The notes beneath the pieces are model-generated. The model ran no database searches. It was not told where the DNA came from and saw nothing but the letters and a program-made list of their open reading frames with translations. DNA of 64,000 nt. It comes from a virus. Shown piece by piece: positions 1 to 10,238 of the stretch (positions within the stretch are counted from its first letter, which is position 1; each line of letters begins with the position of its first letter). Location: IMG/VR virus record IMGVR_UViG_2922727739_000003, positions 89,210 through 153,209 of that record. The stretch is one strand, 5' to 3'. The position numbers were made by a program, and so were the translations under genes.

Positions 1-211
1 TAACATTATTACAAAAGTCGTTCTTACACTTATGCAAAATCATGTTGTAATCGCCTCAGTCTGATTTCGTTCTGTTTTTAGTATGGTATCTCAGACGTAA
101 GATGTTGGTCAAATTAATCTTTTATCTAAATTTTTATGTCTTGTTTCATTATAACTATTCAACAATCCAATCTTATCATTATCGTATAGTTATATAAGTT
201 TAAATCAGCTT

Positions 212-1069
212 TTATGTAGTCCCGTTATCCTTCAAATCCATTACTGGTCTTATATTTAATCGTTCTAAAATACTATGTATAAACAATCTTCCTTTTTGAG
301 TCCACTTTGTACTCATTTTCGTTTTTTCTTTACCATCTTTATCTTTGTAACGAAATGTATTCGATTTTGTATAGGCTTTGTGAAAATGATCTTTATATAG
401 CAGCCATTGTCCCCCCTGTTTGTACTGCACTTTTTCAGAATGCAAAATCTTATTTAGCTCTTGAGCAGTAAGTCCGTAATCAGCAGCAATTTGTTTAATA
501 AGTACTGTGTTTTTAGCATTCAATATTGTATCATAGTAGGTTACTTTTGGTTTATTTTCTGCAACAACTTGTTCAAGCATTGTTTTTTCAGTATGTAATT
601 TCTCATTAGCTTCCACCTGTTCAACTAAAGCCAATAACGCTTCCTTGTATGTAGTCGGCAAAACTGGATATTGTTGAACTGATTTATGTACAAACGCTTC
701 AGCTAAAACATCTTTAGCTTTCAATTGATACTGAATTAACTTACTTGCTACTTCTGGTTGATTCTTTTGCATGTTTGGCGTTATTGTGATTTTGGCAAGC
801 CATAACGGTAAGAAATCAATATCTAGTGTCAATATATCCTGTTGTCCACCTTTAGTGGGGAGGACGAAATTTCGTCCCCCTTGATTCAATACTATATCTT
901 CTTTGATTTTTTTTCGTTCTGCCTTTACTTGACCATCTGATAATCCAACTCCTTCACATACCCAGCGAACACCAGCATAAATCTTACCGTCATTCGCTTT
1001 TACCCCTAACAACTCAGATCCGTTAAACTCTACCAATTTTTGTTCTACTACTTGAATATTATTCTCCAA
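212..1069 (-). CDS. Phage antirepressor (N-terminal ANT/P22AR-like domain + C-terminal KilAC domain)
   Basis: FLPLWLAKI N-domain, PTTYKEALLAL linker, KPKVTYYD...TKWTQKGRLFI C-domain. Confidence 0.9.
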   Translation of the reverse strand: MENNIQVVEQKLVEFNGSELLGVKANDGKIYAGVRWVCEGVGLSDGQVKAERKKIKEDIVLNQGGRNFVLPTKGGQQDILTLDIDFLPLWLAKITITPNMQKNQPEVASKLIQYQLKAKDVLAEAFVHKSVQQYPVLPTTYKEALLALVEQVEANEKLHTEKTMLEQVVAENKPKVTYYDTILNAKNTVLIKQIAADYGLTAQELNKILHSEKVQYKQGGQWLLYKDHFHKAYTKSNTFRYKDKDGKEKTKMSTKWTQKGRLFIHSILERLNIRPVMDLKDNGTT

Positions 1070-1137
1070 TTATGCATATCTCCTTTATTTTTCGTCAGGC
1101 AATCTCACCCTGCTAACTCCCTCCCTGTCATAAAATG

Positions 1138-1407
1138 TTATTTAATAGACTTTTCATTCTTCATTGTTCTGGTACTAAGATACAAATTCAATACAAGTAC
1201 ACTACATACTGCTGCTAGTCCAAGTATAATAGTCAGCATCTTAACAGCCACACTCAAACACGATAGCGCTATTCCAATTGACAGAATCGCATAGATCACT
1301 ATGCTTATAGTAATGATCCTTTTTACAAACCACTGCCTATTCATTGGCACTGGCTCCTTCATTCTCATCTTCAGCAACAATTTCTGCACATAGTCCAATG
1401 CATTCAT
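1138..1407 (-). CDS. Small membrane protein (start probably ~1344, MNRQWF)
   Basis: Two hydrophobic helices; ATG overlaps the stop of the upstream gene. Confidence 0.55.
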   Translation of the reverse strand: MNALDYVQKLLLKMRMKEPVPMNRQWFVKRIITISIVIYAILSIGIALSCLSVAVKMLTIILGLAAVCSVLVLNLYLSTRTMKNEKSIK

Positions 1408-1576
1408 TGCAAATACAGGCGTTCTTTGCTGTTACCATTTTATCTACTTCAGATTGACTCTTGCCACAAAATGAGCAACGCAACTCATAATCTCTTTCTG
1501 GAAAAGGGATTAATTCATCGTACTTCCTTGCCTTTTCCATCAACATCATAGCTTCTTGCATAGCACGTGGGTTCAT
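1337..1576 (-). CDS. Stand-alone ClpX C4-type zinc-finger protein
   Basis: CSFCGKSQSEVDKMV...ICNECIGLC matches the ClpX N-terminal zinc-binding domain; GGAG RBS. Confidence 0.85.
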   Translation of the reverse strand: MNPRAMQEAMMLMEKARKYDELIPFPERDYELRCSFCGKSQSEVDKMVTAKNACICNECIGLCAEIVAEDENEGASANE

Positions 1577-1675
1577 AAACCTACCACTCCTTATGTATTT
1601 TTACATTGTAAAATTCAACTTTTATCTTGAGGCGCAACCAAATATTTAGTGGTCACGCCCTCAAATTCAACCCAG

Positions 1676-3697
1676 TCAAAACCTTGGTGTTACTTTTTCT
1701 CTTACAAATTGCTCCACCAACTCAATGTCTTCCGTATGTTTTTTAAATGGCAAAGAACTAAGTACAGCCTCTCTATATGACTTTTTGTGACTTTCACTTA
1801 TCCGAGAATCCAAAATACTAATAATACCTGTATCTACCTCTGATCTAATAAGCCTCCCCGTACCTTGACGTAACTTTATCAGCATCTCAGGAAGTAAAAT
1901 TTCATTCATATGATCTTTTGAATTGTTTATCTTATATTCGGTAATTGGATCATTGGGGACGGGAAAAGGAAGTCTTACTATTATTACTTGGGATAAATCA
2001 GGACCAGAAATGTTTATTCCTTCCCAAAAAATACCCGTTCCAAACAGTACACCTTTACTTTCTTTAAACTCACTTAATACTGATTCTTGCGAAGATCCTT
2101 CTTTTTGTATAAGGATATTCCAATTAACGTCCATTGAAGATAAATTGTCAGTTACATATCTAAGATCCTCTTTTGCAGAGAATAAAACCAGCGTTCTTCC
2201 CTTAGTTAAATCACAAAGATATACGATTTTATCTAAAGCAGCTTTTAGGAAGTTGCTCCTGTTGTCCTCTCCTTTAATTCTATACAAGGGCATATCATTA
2301 GCGATATACATCAAAGCATTATCATGATAATTATAAGGAGAGAACTGTTGCTCACCAAATACCCCCATATACCCCAATGCTTTTGAAATGTAATCGTACT
2401 TTTCTTCAAGTAACTCTCCCGACTGACACATTGTAGCCGATGTTAAGATAACTGAATTTCTACCTGCAAACAGTCTATCGCTCAAAACATCTTTTATATT
2501 TTTCGGGCAGTAACTAATTTCTACCTTGTTTTTATTTGATTTTTGAGACCATATTAGATGATCTGTCTTAAGATGTCCTAAGACTTCAAATAGAGTATGG
2601 AAATTTCTTAGATCTTGCAACAAATCATCAATTTGTCTTTCTTTTTTGCCTGTATCGTCGAGCAAAGATGTAGAGGTAATTAATTCTTTCGTAATTTCAG
2701 CTAACTTCTTAAAATCGATTGTAGTGAGTGGTGATATAGCATACCTTTCAGACTCTGTTACTCCAAAATCCGAAATTTGTTTTTCAATTAATTCGAATAA
2801 ATTATCCACATCCTTTAAAAGGAGGGCTATATTCTTCATGTGAGTATAAACACCTCTAGAATCAAGTAATCTCGAAACATTCCCTATAGACCACTTTACT
2901 TCTGATAAATTGAATGTAAGAGTTAATGCACTTCTAACCTTCTCTTCGAAATTATGAGCTTCATCAATTACTGTCAATGCGCTATTGCTTGTTATAAATC
3001 CTCTTCCTGTTTCATACTTTCGAATTAGATCTCTAATTAACAAATCTTGATTTACTACAATAAAATCAATTTGCCAAGAATCAGACTTTATTAAATTTCT
3101 CATCTCATAGAATTCACATGTATTTCTATAAGTGCAATTTTCATAGGTGCATTTTTGTACAGCAACCCTATTCCAATCTTTATCTTGTATACTAAAAGAT
3201 AAATCACTTCTTTGTTTTACCTTTCCAGAAGAAATTGCAGAAACTAAAGTTTCAAATAATTGATCTTCATTTTTCAATAAACCCATTTCAATTATCTTTT
3301 CCGTTCTCTCTTGGCATGGATAATTCCCCATCCCCTTGCCGATAACTGCTTTAATGTTATCAAAACCCAATTTTTGAGAGATATCATTTATGTCTTCAAA
3401 AATTTGCTCAGACAACTGGATTGAGGAAGTTGCTATAACGATAGGTCTACCGATCATTTTGTTGATAAACAGCGAGGGAATCAAATACGCGTATGACTTT
3501 CCAATTCCAACACCTGCTTCAATTATCAAGTTATTATCGTTGATAAATGCTTCTGCTATGTCCAATGACATATTTTCTTGACCTTCCCTAGGATGCATAC
3601 CATACTCTTCGATATTCCCATATATTTCGAAAATCTGATTTATAAGAATAGGTTCTAATCTTTTCTTAGATTGATGTCGATTAAATAACCAAGAAAT
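1676..3697 (-). CDS. dinG: DinG/YoaA-family ATP-dependent helicase (ATG at 3598; frame open to ATT at 3697 behind a GGGGGAG RBS)
   Basis: Walker A EAGVGIGKS, DEAH, Fe-S cysteines, TSAT, FWEGI, RLPFPVP, QGTGRLIR motifs. Confidence 0.88.
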   Translation of the reverse strand: MSWLFNRHQSKKRLEPILINQIFEIYGNIEEYGMHPREGQENMSLDIAEAFINDNNLIIEAGVGIGKSYAYLIPSLFINKMIGRPIVIATSSIQLSEQIFEDINDISQKLGFDNIKAVIGKGMGNYPCQERTEKIIEMGLLKNEDQLFETLVSAISSGKVKQRSDLSFSIQDKDWNRVAVQKCTYENCTYRNTCEFYEMRNLIKSDSWQIDFIVVNQDLLIRDLIRKYETGRGFITSNSALTVIDEAHNFEEKVRSALTLTFNLSEVKWSIGNVSRLLDSRGVYTHMKNIALLLKDVDNLFELIEKQISDFGVTESERYAISPLTTIDFKKLAEITKELITSTSLLDDTGKKERQIDDLLQDLRNFHTLFEVLGHLKTDHLIWSQKSNKNKVEISYCPKNIKDVLSDRLFAGRNSVILTSATMCQSGELLEEKYDYISKALGYMGVFGEQQFSPYNYHDNALMYIANDMPLYRIKGEDNRSNFLKAALDKIVYLCDLTKGRTLVLFSAKEDLRYVTDNLSSMDVNWNILIQKEGSSQESVLSEFKESKGVLFGTGIFWEGINISGPDLSQVIIVRLPFPVPNDPITEYKINNSKDHMNEILLPEMLIKLRQGTGRLIRSEVDTGIISILDSRISESHKKSYREAVLSSLPFKKHTEDIELVEQFVREKVTPRF

Positions 3698-3860
3698 ATA
3701 TATCTCCCCCTGTTATACGCAATTAGTTTATATTATATCATGTTACCCAATAGAGAGAGAACATATGTACGAGAAAAAATAAGGTAAAATAACTGTTTCA
3801 TTAGATTTCAATTTTTAAATGATTGAGTGGTATCCTTACTCTTTTCATATCCTCGTAACT

Positions 3861-4334
3861 TTACTTTATTTCTTTAAGTAATTGATTATTTTTAAGAAAT
3901 CCGCACTTATCATAAAACAATTTTAGTTCTTCATGTGTTATACCCCCACCTTCTCGCATGTATCCTGTTACTTTCGTTATTCTGTCGAATTTCACTTCAG
4001 TTGAATTCTTGTTATATTCCTCCACTTTAGCATTGTAGATATGGATAAGTTCTAATAAAAATTCTAGCATAATTCTGCCATGACCAATTCTTCTTATCCG
4101 TGAATGAATTTCTTCAATAATAAGTTCGTCTTGAAAATAAGTAAAATCTAAAAACGAAGGTTTTTTCCACTTACTATACTTTAATTCTATCTCTCCTGAG
4201 CTTCTAAATAATTCAAGTCGACCAAGGTCAAAAGTTACCTCTACTTCATTAGGGGGAATTGCCCTATCAAATTTTCTTAGATAATAAATATGTTTGCCAT
4301 TTATCTCTATTATTCTACTCATAAGTTCCTCCAT
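3861..4334 (-). CDS. Possible GNAT-fold acetyltransferase
   Basis: RRIGHGR acetyl-CoA-binding-like motif and FYDKCGF C-terminal motif. Confidence 0.55.
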   Translation of the reverse strand: MEELMSRIIEINGKHIYYLRKFDRAIPPNEVEVTFDLGRLELFRSSGEIELKYSKWKKPSFLDFTYFQDELIIEEIHSRIRRIGHGRIMLEFLLELIHIYNAKVEEYNKNSTEVKFDRITKVTGYMREGGGITHEELKLFYDKCGFLKNNQLLKEIK

Positions 4335-4408
4335 GCCTTCTGGTAAAGTTTGTATAGAATTCTTTCTATGATTTTTCTTTAAAATCCTGCTTTTACTGAA
4401 GCTTTCTT

Positions 4409-4672
4409 TTAATCTTCAGTTTCTTCCACCTCACCAAATATAACCTTTACTTTGCGGCGTTTAAGAGCCTCTTCCATCATCTGAGAAGTAACAAGAACCA
4501 TTTTTTCATCAGATGGAAATACAGGTCGTACATGCAAAGAAAGATTAGAAAAAAGCTCAATTAGGAACTCTACTTGTTCTTTTGGCTTCCAATCCCGACT
4601 GTAACGCTCCCGAAAAAACTCCGAGATAGCGCCATCCATTTTCATTTCTTCTGACATAGAGTATCCCTCCAA
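4409..4672 (-). CDS. Hypothetical protein
   Basis: ORF with RBS, co-oriented in the array. Confidence 0.65.
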   Translation of the reverse strand: MEGYSMSEEMKMDGAISEFFRERYSRDWKPKEQVEFLIELFSNLSLHVRPVFPSDEKMVLVTSQMMEEALKRRKVKVIFGEVEETED

Positions 4673-4723
4673 GTGATTAGCTTAATCTCCACTTTAGTAA
4701 AGAGAAGATTGCGCCCCCCTCAT

Positions 4724-4927
4724 TTAGTTTCGGGTATATTTTCGAAGTAATTTACTAACTTGATCTTCCTTACAAAGACCTTGAACCATCAGTCTTGTTC
4801 CTGTCCCAGCTTCAACTGACTTAATTTTTGTGATATACATTTTCTTTCCCTCGACATCGATCAAATCTCCAATAGATACCTTATCGGAGACCATAATATC
4901 GAAGCTTACTGATTTGTTATTTGTCAT
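4724..4927 (-). CDS. Hypothetical protein
   Basis: GAGGAG RBS, 67 aa. Confidence 0.7.
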   Translation of the reverse strand: MTNNKSVSFDIMVSDKVSIGDLIDVEGKKMYITKIKSVEAGTGTRLMVQGLCKEDQVSKLLRKYTRN

Positions 4928-4960
4928 CTATAAACTCCTCATGAAATACTGTTTATCAAC

Positions 4961-5155
4961 TTAATTTTCTACATTATAACTATCGATGAAATCCTTTGCT
5001 TCCTGAAAAGTACATGCTTCCCACTCATAAGAACGAATACCTTTGCCATAAGCCCATTCTTCTGCTGTATACACAACAAACAATGGCGATCCCATAGTAA
5101 TATCTTGCGTCTCGTGGATTTTAAAACCTTTATATTGTTTTACCTTTGTAGTCAT
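4961..5155 (-). CDS. Hypothetical protein
   Basis: GGAGG RBS, 64 aa. Confidence 0.7.
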   Translation of the reverse strand: MTTKVKQYKGFKIHETQDITMGSPLFVVYTAEEWAYGKGIRSYEWEACTFQEAKDFIDSYNVEN

Positions 5156-5179
5156 CTTGTTTTCCTCCCACCATGATAA

Positions 5180-5812
5180 TTATCTTTCTTTTAACCAATT
5201 TATAATGTAATTTACTTCGGTATGATTCAAACTTCTCTTCCCAGCCTCAAACTCATCTATAAATTGAATTAGGTTGTCTTTATCGCTTTGTGTCTTGGTT
5301 TGCTTTTTACTTATTAAAGATTTTATGTAGTTAATTTGTTTTTCGTTAGCCTGTTTCCCTTCAATTTGATTGTCCTTATTTTTCAATAATATCATAATTC
5401 GTACAACAAATTCCCAATCCATTCGCTTTATGGCATCTTGATATAAATCATTCAATAATTCTTCAGGTTGTTCAGGCTGTCTTATTTCCTCTTGTGAAAC
5501 TTGAGTCTTAGTTTTTGGTTGCTTTTTTGATTCAAGTTCATTTAAATATTTAGTCAGTTTGTCCTGTATTCCTTGAGACTCCACAATTTTAAGCAATTCA
5601 GATTCGTCTTTAATGATAACACCAGCTCCTCCACAGCCATAGCAAGTTGATCCATCTTTAAGGTTAAAGGAGTATCTTCCACTTCCTCCACAACGTTTGC
5701 AGGCTGGTGCTGCTCCAGTTGCTATTAAACGTTTAAATAGCCTCCCTTTGTTCATATCTTCAACTTTCATAGCCTCAAAAATTTGCTTCTGGATTGAGGA
5801 GAATGTTTTCAT
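5180..5812 (-). CDS. Protein with DnaJ-type CxxCxGxG zinc finger
   Basis: CKRCGGSG and CYGCGGAG; start set at ATG 5812 after GGAGG. Confidence 0.7.
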   Translation of the reverse strand: MKTFSSIQKQIFEAMKVEDMNKGRLFKRLIATGAAPACKRCGGSGRYSFNLKDGSTCYGCGGAGVIIKDESELLKIVESQGIQDKLTKYLNELESKKQPKTKTQVSQEEIRQPEQPEELLNDLYQDAIKRMDWEFVVRIMILLKNKDNQIEGKQANEKQINYIKSLISKKQTKTQSDKDNLIQFIDEFEAGKRSLNHTEVNYIINWLKER

Positions 5813-5859
5813 GTCGAACCTCCGTAATATCTTAATCAAATACTGTTTTCATAGATTAT

Positions 5860-6099
5860 TTACCGATATTGAGATAGACTTAAATACTCTATTTCCTCAA
5901 GTGCTTCAATGTTAGCTTTAATACAGTATATGGATGGAGAAGTTTTCTTGAATAATGGCTTATGATTGGCCATTGCCACAGCACATTTATGTGATGAGTT
6001 GTATAACTTAGCGTATTCTGGGCTTTCAGTATAAAAGATTTTACTTCTGTGGATGCTCTTTACATACCCTTGGTTTGTCTTTATAACATAAACATTCAT
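5860..6099 (-). CDS. Hypothetical protein
   Basis: GAGG RBS; lies between two 18-bp repeats. Confidence 0.65.
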   Translation of the reverse strand: MNVYVIKTNQGYVKSIHRSKIFYTESPEYAKLYNSSHKCAVAMANHKPLFKKTSPSIYCIKANIEALEEIEYLSLSQYR

Positions 6100-6244
6100 T
6101 CAAAGTCCTCTTTCTGAATAAAATCGTTGTTTTAATTGGTTACAATACAATGTTTCTATCTTCCGATACAGTGTTGCTTTCTTTGTTAAAACTATTATAT
6201 CATCACTTATTGTATTTATCAATATTCATTATATTTAATTATAT

Positions 6245-6277
6245 AAAAAACTGAGCCTGCCATTAGACTCAGTTTTT
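6245..6277. terminator. Intrinsic terminator
   Basis: aaaaactgag...ctcagttttt hairpin with A/T tracts on both sides. Confidence 0.7.
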
Positions 6278-6284
6278 AGTATTA

Positions 6285-7349
6285 CTATTTTAATTCCACT
6301 AATCCATTTTTGTCTTTCGTGTAAGTCCGTCCCAGTGCTTCTTTTTCTAAAACTGCACATTCTCCCGTATCATTTATATTGACGCCACTGAGAACTATTT
6401 TTCGAATTGCTTTAAGGTTTGATTCTAAAGCCATTTTACTTTTCTTTAGCTTGCTAATAGTTCTATCTTTCTTGCCGATCTCTACTGTTTTAGCTTCCAA
6501 TTCTAACTCTTTAAGTTCTAACTTATGCTTAATTTCTCTTGTTTCGAGTTTTAATTGACTAACTTTCAATTCTAGCTCTTTTATCGAATTCATATTTTCT
6601 AGAAATCTATTTATTTCAAAGTGAATTTGATTTAATTCAGTTTTGTTTTTTTCATTTGGATTTTCTAGTTCTGTTTGGTGAATTTCTTGAGATTGTTTAT
6701 TGAAATAAACTAAATTATTTGTCGTTATATAGTTCTCTAATGATCCATGCTTCTTGGTAACATTTCGATACTTCTGATAAACTGCTTGAGGATTCTTTTT
6801 AAGTGCCTTCGCTGCTATCCTAATTGATTCCATTTTACTATTCCCGTTTTTTCTTTCGTCATTAAATATGTTGTTTAAGGTGAGAACATCTTCATCTGTC
6901 CAGCCCCCAATTATAATCTTTTTTTGTTCATTGGTGGTGTCTTCCTCTATATTTAATAAATAATTTCTTACTTCCTTTGCTATATCGCTGTCACGTAACA
7001 ACATTCCAATCCTCAGCACAGATCTTCTTGTGAACACATTAATCATTTTTCTTGGAATAACCAATACTGAATTGTTTTCAGTATTAAAATCTACCGCATC
7101 TTTTCCTTTTAACATTAACATACCATCGCTTAAAAATTCGTCTCTTTGTTTCTTTATAATTTGTTCTATAACATTTTTATCTACTTCATAATATTCTGCT
7201 ATCATTTTTGCTGTTACATGTTTATTGTTTGGCAACATAGAAAGTACTTTTACTTTATCAAGCACTTCTATTCGATTTATGTATTTATTTCTGATGCTGC
7301 AATTCTCAGAAGTAGTAAAACTCTCATCATATAATTTCAGTATTCCCAT
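6285..7349 (-). CDS. Phage DNA-binding protein (KilA-N/ORF6N-like N-domain, coiled-coil C-terminus)
   Basis: TAKMIAEYYEV...FTRRSVLRIGMLLRDSDIAKEVRNYLL pattern; coiled coil. Confidence 0.65.
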   Translation of the reverse strand: MGILKLYDESFTTSENCSIRNKYINRIEVLDKVKVLSMLPNNKHVTAKMIAEYYEVDKNVIEQIIKKQRDEFLSDGMLMLKGKDAVDFNTENNSVLVIPRKMINVFTRRSVLRIGMLLRDSDIAKEVRNYLLNIEEDTTNEQKKIIIGGWTDEDVLTLNNIFNDERKNGNSKMESIRIAAKALKKNPQAVYQKYRNVTKKHGSLENYITTNNLVYFNKQSQEIHQTELENPNEKNKTELNQIHFEINRFLENMNSIKELELKVSQLKLETREIKHKLELKELELEAKTVEIGKKDRTISKLKKSKMALESNLKAIRKIVLSGVNINDTGECAVLEKEALGRTYTKDKNGLVELK

Positions 7350-7376
7350 GTTTATTCTCCTCCAAATTTCATTTAT

Positions 7377-7553
7377 TTATTTATAAGATTCTATCAATGC
7401 TTCAAGTTTCATTATTTCAGGCTTTTGTAGTGGCTGCTTATCGTTAATAAATAGCGAGAATAAAGAATTACTTATTGATAATTTAGTAGCAATAAATGAT
7501 TTCTTTATCCCTCTTTCGCTTATTAACATAAGAGTTCTTTCTCTTAGCGTCAT
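7377..7553 (-). CDS. Small XRE/Cro-like HTH protein (58 aa, not in ORF track)
   Basis: MTLRERTLMLISERGIKKSFIATKLSISNSLFSLFIND...; GGAGGTG RBS and TTGACT-17-TATAGT promoter. Confidence 0.75.
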   Translation of the reverse strand: MTLRERTLMLISERGIKKSFIATKLSISNSLFSLFINDKQPLQKPEIMKLEALIESYK

Positions 7554-7738
7554 GTGTTCACCTCCGTTAAAAAATATTTTAATTATCTCTTGAGATTACT
7601 ATATCATTCACAATTCTTTTAGTCAATATGTTTCATTATATTTATTTGTATAATTATTTTAGTTTTTCCCTCAACAAAAAAAACTAGACATTTCTGTCTA
7701 GTTCGTAAGTGGTAATAAAAGTAACAATTTATCAATTT

Positions 7739-8443
7739 CTATTCCGTGAATATTATCCAATCCTTAGTCACCCATTGAATAACCTTAGCAAATCTATTTT
7801 CATCGAAATGAATAAATTTTTTATTATACCATTCGGTTAATTCCTTATCGTGTTTACTGCTATTGCATTCTTTACAAGCTGGAACACAGTTGTCAATAAA
7901 ATTGCTGCCATCGTGAATAACATGATCTCTATGTAGTTGTTGTCCATTAACTGCGAAATGTATTTCTTGAGTCATATCGCAATAAGCGCATTTCCATTCA
8001 AAATACTCTAAACATCTACTCCACTCATCTTGGGTGATTTCATGAGACTTATTAAATCTTTTCTGTCTATAGAGTTTTAATTTATCCTTATTTTTTCTTT
8101 GCCAATCCCGCAATAGTCCATTTTCTCTTCTTTTTTTCTCAGACAGCCGCCTTTTTTCTTTATTCTGGGGCTTATCATTTCTTTGCTTTTGGAATGTTAG
8201 GGTCTTTTCATAATTTTCTTTATTCCATTTAGTTGAATTACTAATATTGCATTGTTTGCATTTTGGATTTAGGCCATCTTTTTTATTGCTCGGGTTTTTA
8301 TAGAAATATATTTCATTGCAAGGATACCACTGATTACAATTGGAACATAATTTTTGTTGTTCGCCTTCAAAAAATCTATGACTATCTTCAAAACTTATTC
8401 GCTTTCTATCTCGCAAAACAATTACTCTCGCTTTCTTAATCAA
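7739..8443 (-). CDS. HNH endonuclease
   Basis: CAYC...HRDHV...NCVPACKECNSSK; N-terminal CxxC pairs. Confidence 0.88.
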   Translation of the reverse strand: MIKKARVIVLRDRKRISFEDSHRFFEGEQQKLCSNCNQWYPCNEIYFYKNPSNKKDGLNPKCKQCNISNSTKWNKENYEKTLTFQKQRNDKPQNKEKRRLSEKKRRENGLLRDWQRKNKDKLKLYRQKRFNKSHEITQDEWSRCLEYFEWKCAYCDMTQEIHFAVNGQQLHRDHVIHDGSNFIDNCVPACKECNSSKHDKELTEWYNKKFIHFDENRFAKVIQWVTKDWIIFTE

Positions 8444-8444
8444 A

Positions 8445-8690
8445 TTAAAATTTTACATTATTGTTCTCAATCCCAAACCTACTTTTAAGCCAAAGTGGTC
8501 GCCCCTCAACCAATGCATCTGGACGTGGAAATGTACCTCTATACCCGTCTTTTAATGCGCTCCGCGCTGATTTCCCTACACTCTGCTTGGTTGTCCCAAG
8601 GTGGCGAGATAACCAAGCACCGTCAACATACTGGAGGGGCACTGTTACTTTTTTTCGACGTAGATAGTGTTGCCGTCTCCATCTTCCCAA
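8445..8690 (-). CDS. Small putative DNA-binding protein (true start likely downstream)
   Basis: Helix-turn-helix-like segment followed by FPRPDA...GRPLW. Confidence 0.5.
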   Translation of the reverse strand: MGRWRRQHYLRRKKVTVPLQYVDGAWLSRHLGTTKQSVGKSARSALKDGYRGTFPRPDALVEGRPLWLKSRFGIENNNVKF

Positions 8691-8887
8691 CCGTTCACAT
8701 CCTCGCCAGAATCAAGGTCTGTGATAATCTGTGCTTGGTTTTCTAAGTCTGCTGGTGTGATGGTGAATAGTGTTTCTCCGTCTTGCATAACCTCAAATTG
8801 GTGCAGATCGTGATCAAAATCAACTTCCACAACTTCGTAGCCTTCGCGCACCCATGTTTTCATTGTAATCCATCCTTTCGTCCGCAT
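8645..8887 (-). CDS. Hypothetical acidic protein (start likely MKTW)
   Basis: AAAGGA RBS; locally higher GC. Confidence 0.65.
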   Translation of the reverse strand: MRTKGWITMKTWVREGYEVVEVDFDHDLHQFEVMQDGETLFTITPADLENQAQIITDLDSGEDVNGWEDGDGNTIYVEKK

Positions 8888-9116
8888 CCGGTTTCTCCGG
8901 CTTATCGGTTATGTATGTTCGTCCCTTGCTGTGATTTAATAATAACATATAAGGTTTACTAAGTAAACCGAACATTATAAGAACATAATGTAACAATAAT
9001 ATGAATACGTTTCTGTGTTTTAAATTTATTATATAAAAATATTATATTGTTTAGAACTTTTGAATTTTTTGATCTAGTCTTTTTTTAATAAACAAAAAAC
9101 AGCCCTTAAAGGCTGC

Positions 9117-9305
9117 CTAATTGATTACTATATGTGATGCGTTTGCCACAGTTGCAATAGCTCCAATAAGTTTTTGCATAACAGCAAACGCCACATTGGC
9201 AACATGCTCCGAACTAGTGTCAGGATTTTGAAAAGAATAAATAGCGTACCCTAGAAATGAACTAGCTCCCAAAAGATCAAACCAGTTTCTTGTGTTCAGT
9301 CTCAT
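9117..9305 (-). CDS. Small membrane protein
   Basis: AGGTG RBS, hydrophobic, downstream terminator at 9094-9116. Confidence 0.55.
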   Translation of the reverse strand: MRLNTRNWFDLLGASSFLGYAIYSFQNPDTSSEHVANVAFAVMQKLIGAIATVANASHIVIN

Positions 9306-9445
9306 TTAATTCACCTATGCCTTTTTCCTAATTATAACATATGGTTCAATATGATGTACAATCTATGTAAAAGACTGATTTTATACACAACTCATTTTTC
9401 ATGATATTACTTTGACATGAACAAGGAGCGGGAAACCGCTCTTTG

Positions 9446-9676
9446 TTAACACTCCTCATCCTCTTCTTCAAGCTCTTCTTCTTCGTTTTCTTCTTCCTCA
9501 TCTTCGTTAGGGTGTATCAAATTATATATTTCTTCTTGCTGGCAACTGCGACAATATGTGCCAACGTCTCTCTTTAATTCGTTATCAAATACAGTTGTAC
9601 TTCTGTTTGATCCGCAGTCACCACATGAATCGTCGTCGTTATCTTCAAGTATGTATTTGCCGTATCTCTCAGTCAT
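9446..9676 (-). CDS. Small zinc-finger protein with acidic tail
   Basis: CGDC/CRSC pairs, poly-Glu C-terminus, AAGGAG RBS, terminator at 9424-9443. Confidence 0.65.
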   Translation of the reverse strand: MTERYGKYILEDNDDDSCGDCGSNRSTTVFDNELKRDVGTYCRSCQQEEIYNLIHPNEDEEEENEEEELEEEDEEC

Positions 9677-9898
9677 TTAAATGCTCCTTCTATGTTTTAT
9701 TTTATTGTAGCATGATTACGCCATATGGGTGGAGTGATATACCGCACAACTAATAGACTCTTTTATTATTGCAATAATGCCTTAATCAGAGGAATTATAA
9801 ATATACATTACTATGGATAAAATTATCATTAAATTCGTGTGATATAATTTTTATTTTGCATATTCATACATTTGTATCTATGTAAAACAAGAATTTTA

Positions 9899-10177
9899 TC
9901 AAAAATACATTTTATTTTTCCAGCGTTTAAACGTACAGAAACCATGTTTAATTGTTGGCAATTCATAATAATACTTGTATAAATCAGTTTCACTGTAATT
10001 ACTCTTTAAAACAGTTTCAAATGCTTGTTTACGTCGATAAAATTTCTCTTCTCCCATAATTTTCATAGTATCGTTCGGACGCAATAGAAAATTCTCAGCT
10101 ATCTTTATCATACTTTCTAAGCTTTTATTTCTGAAATAATTAATTAATTTACTATCTTCCTTAGTAATAGTTTGCAA
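9899..10177 (-). CDS. Hypothetical protein (TTG start 10177)
   Basis: GGGGG RBS before TTG; flanked by 18-bp repeats. Confidence 0.6.
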   Translation of the reverse strand: MQTITKEDSKLINYFRNKSLESMIKIAENFLLRPNDTMKIMGEEKFYRRKQAFETVLKSNYSETDLYKYYYELPTIKHGFCTFKRWKNKMYF

Positions 10178-10238
10178 GGTAAACCCCCCTTGTTTTTTCA
10201 GTAAAATCACTCTTTTATTCTGTTTCATTATCATCTAA

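Noticed and set aside
1676-3598. Type IV CRISPR CasDinG or other named defence system
   Set aside because: No Cas or partner genes nearby.
4941-4958. Degenerate copies of the 18-bp site (also near 1130, 10489 and 55950)
   Set aside because: Arms match only with a 4-5 bp core or several mismatches; not counted, though most are near gene boundaries.
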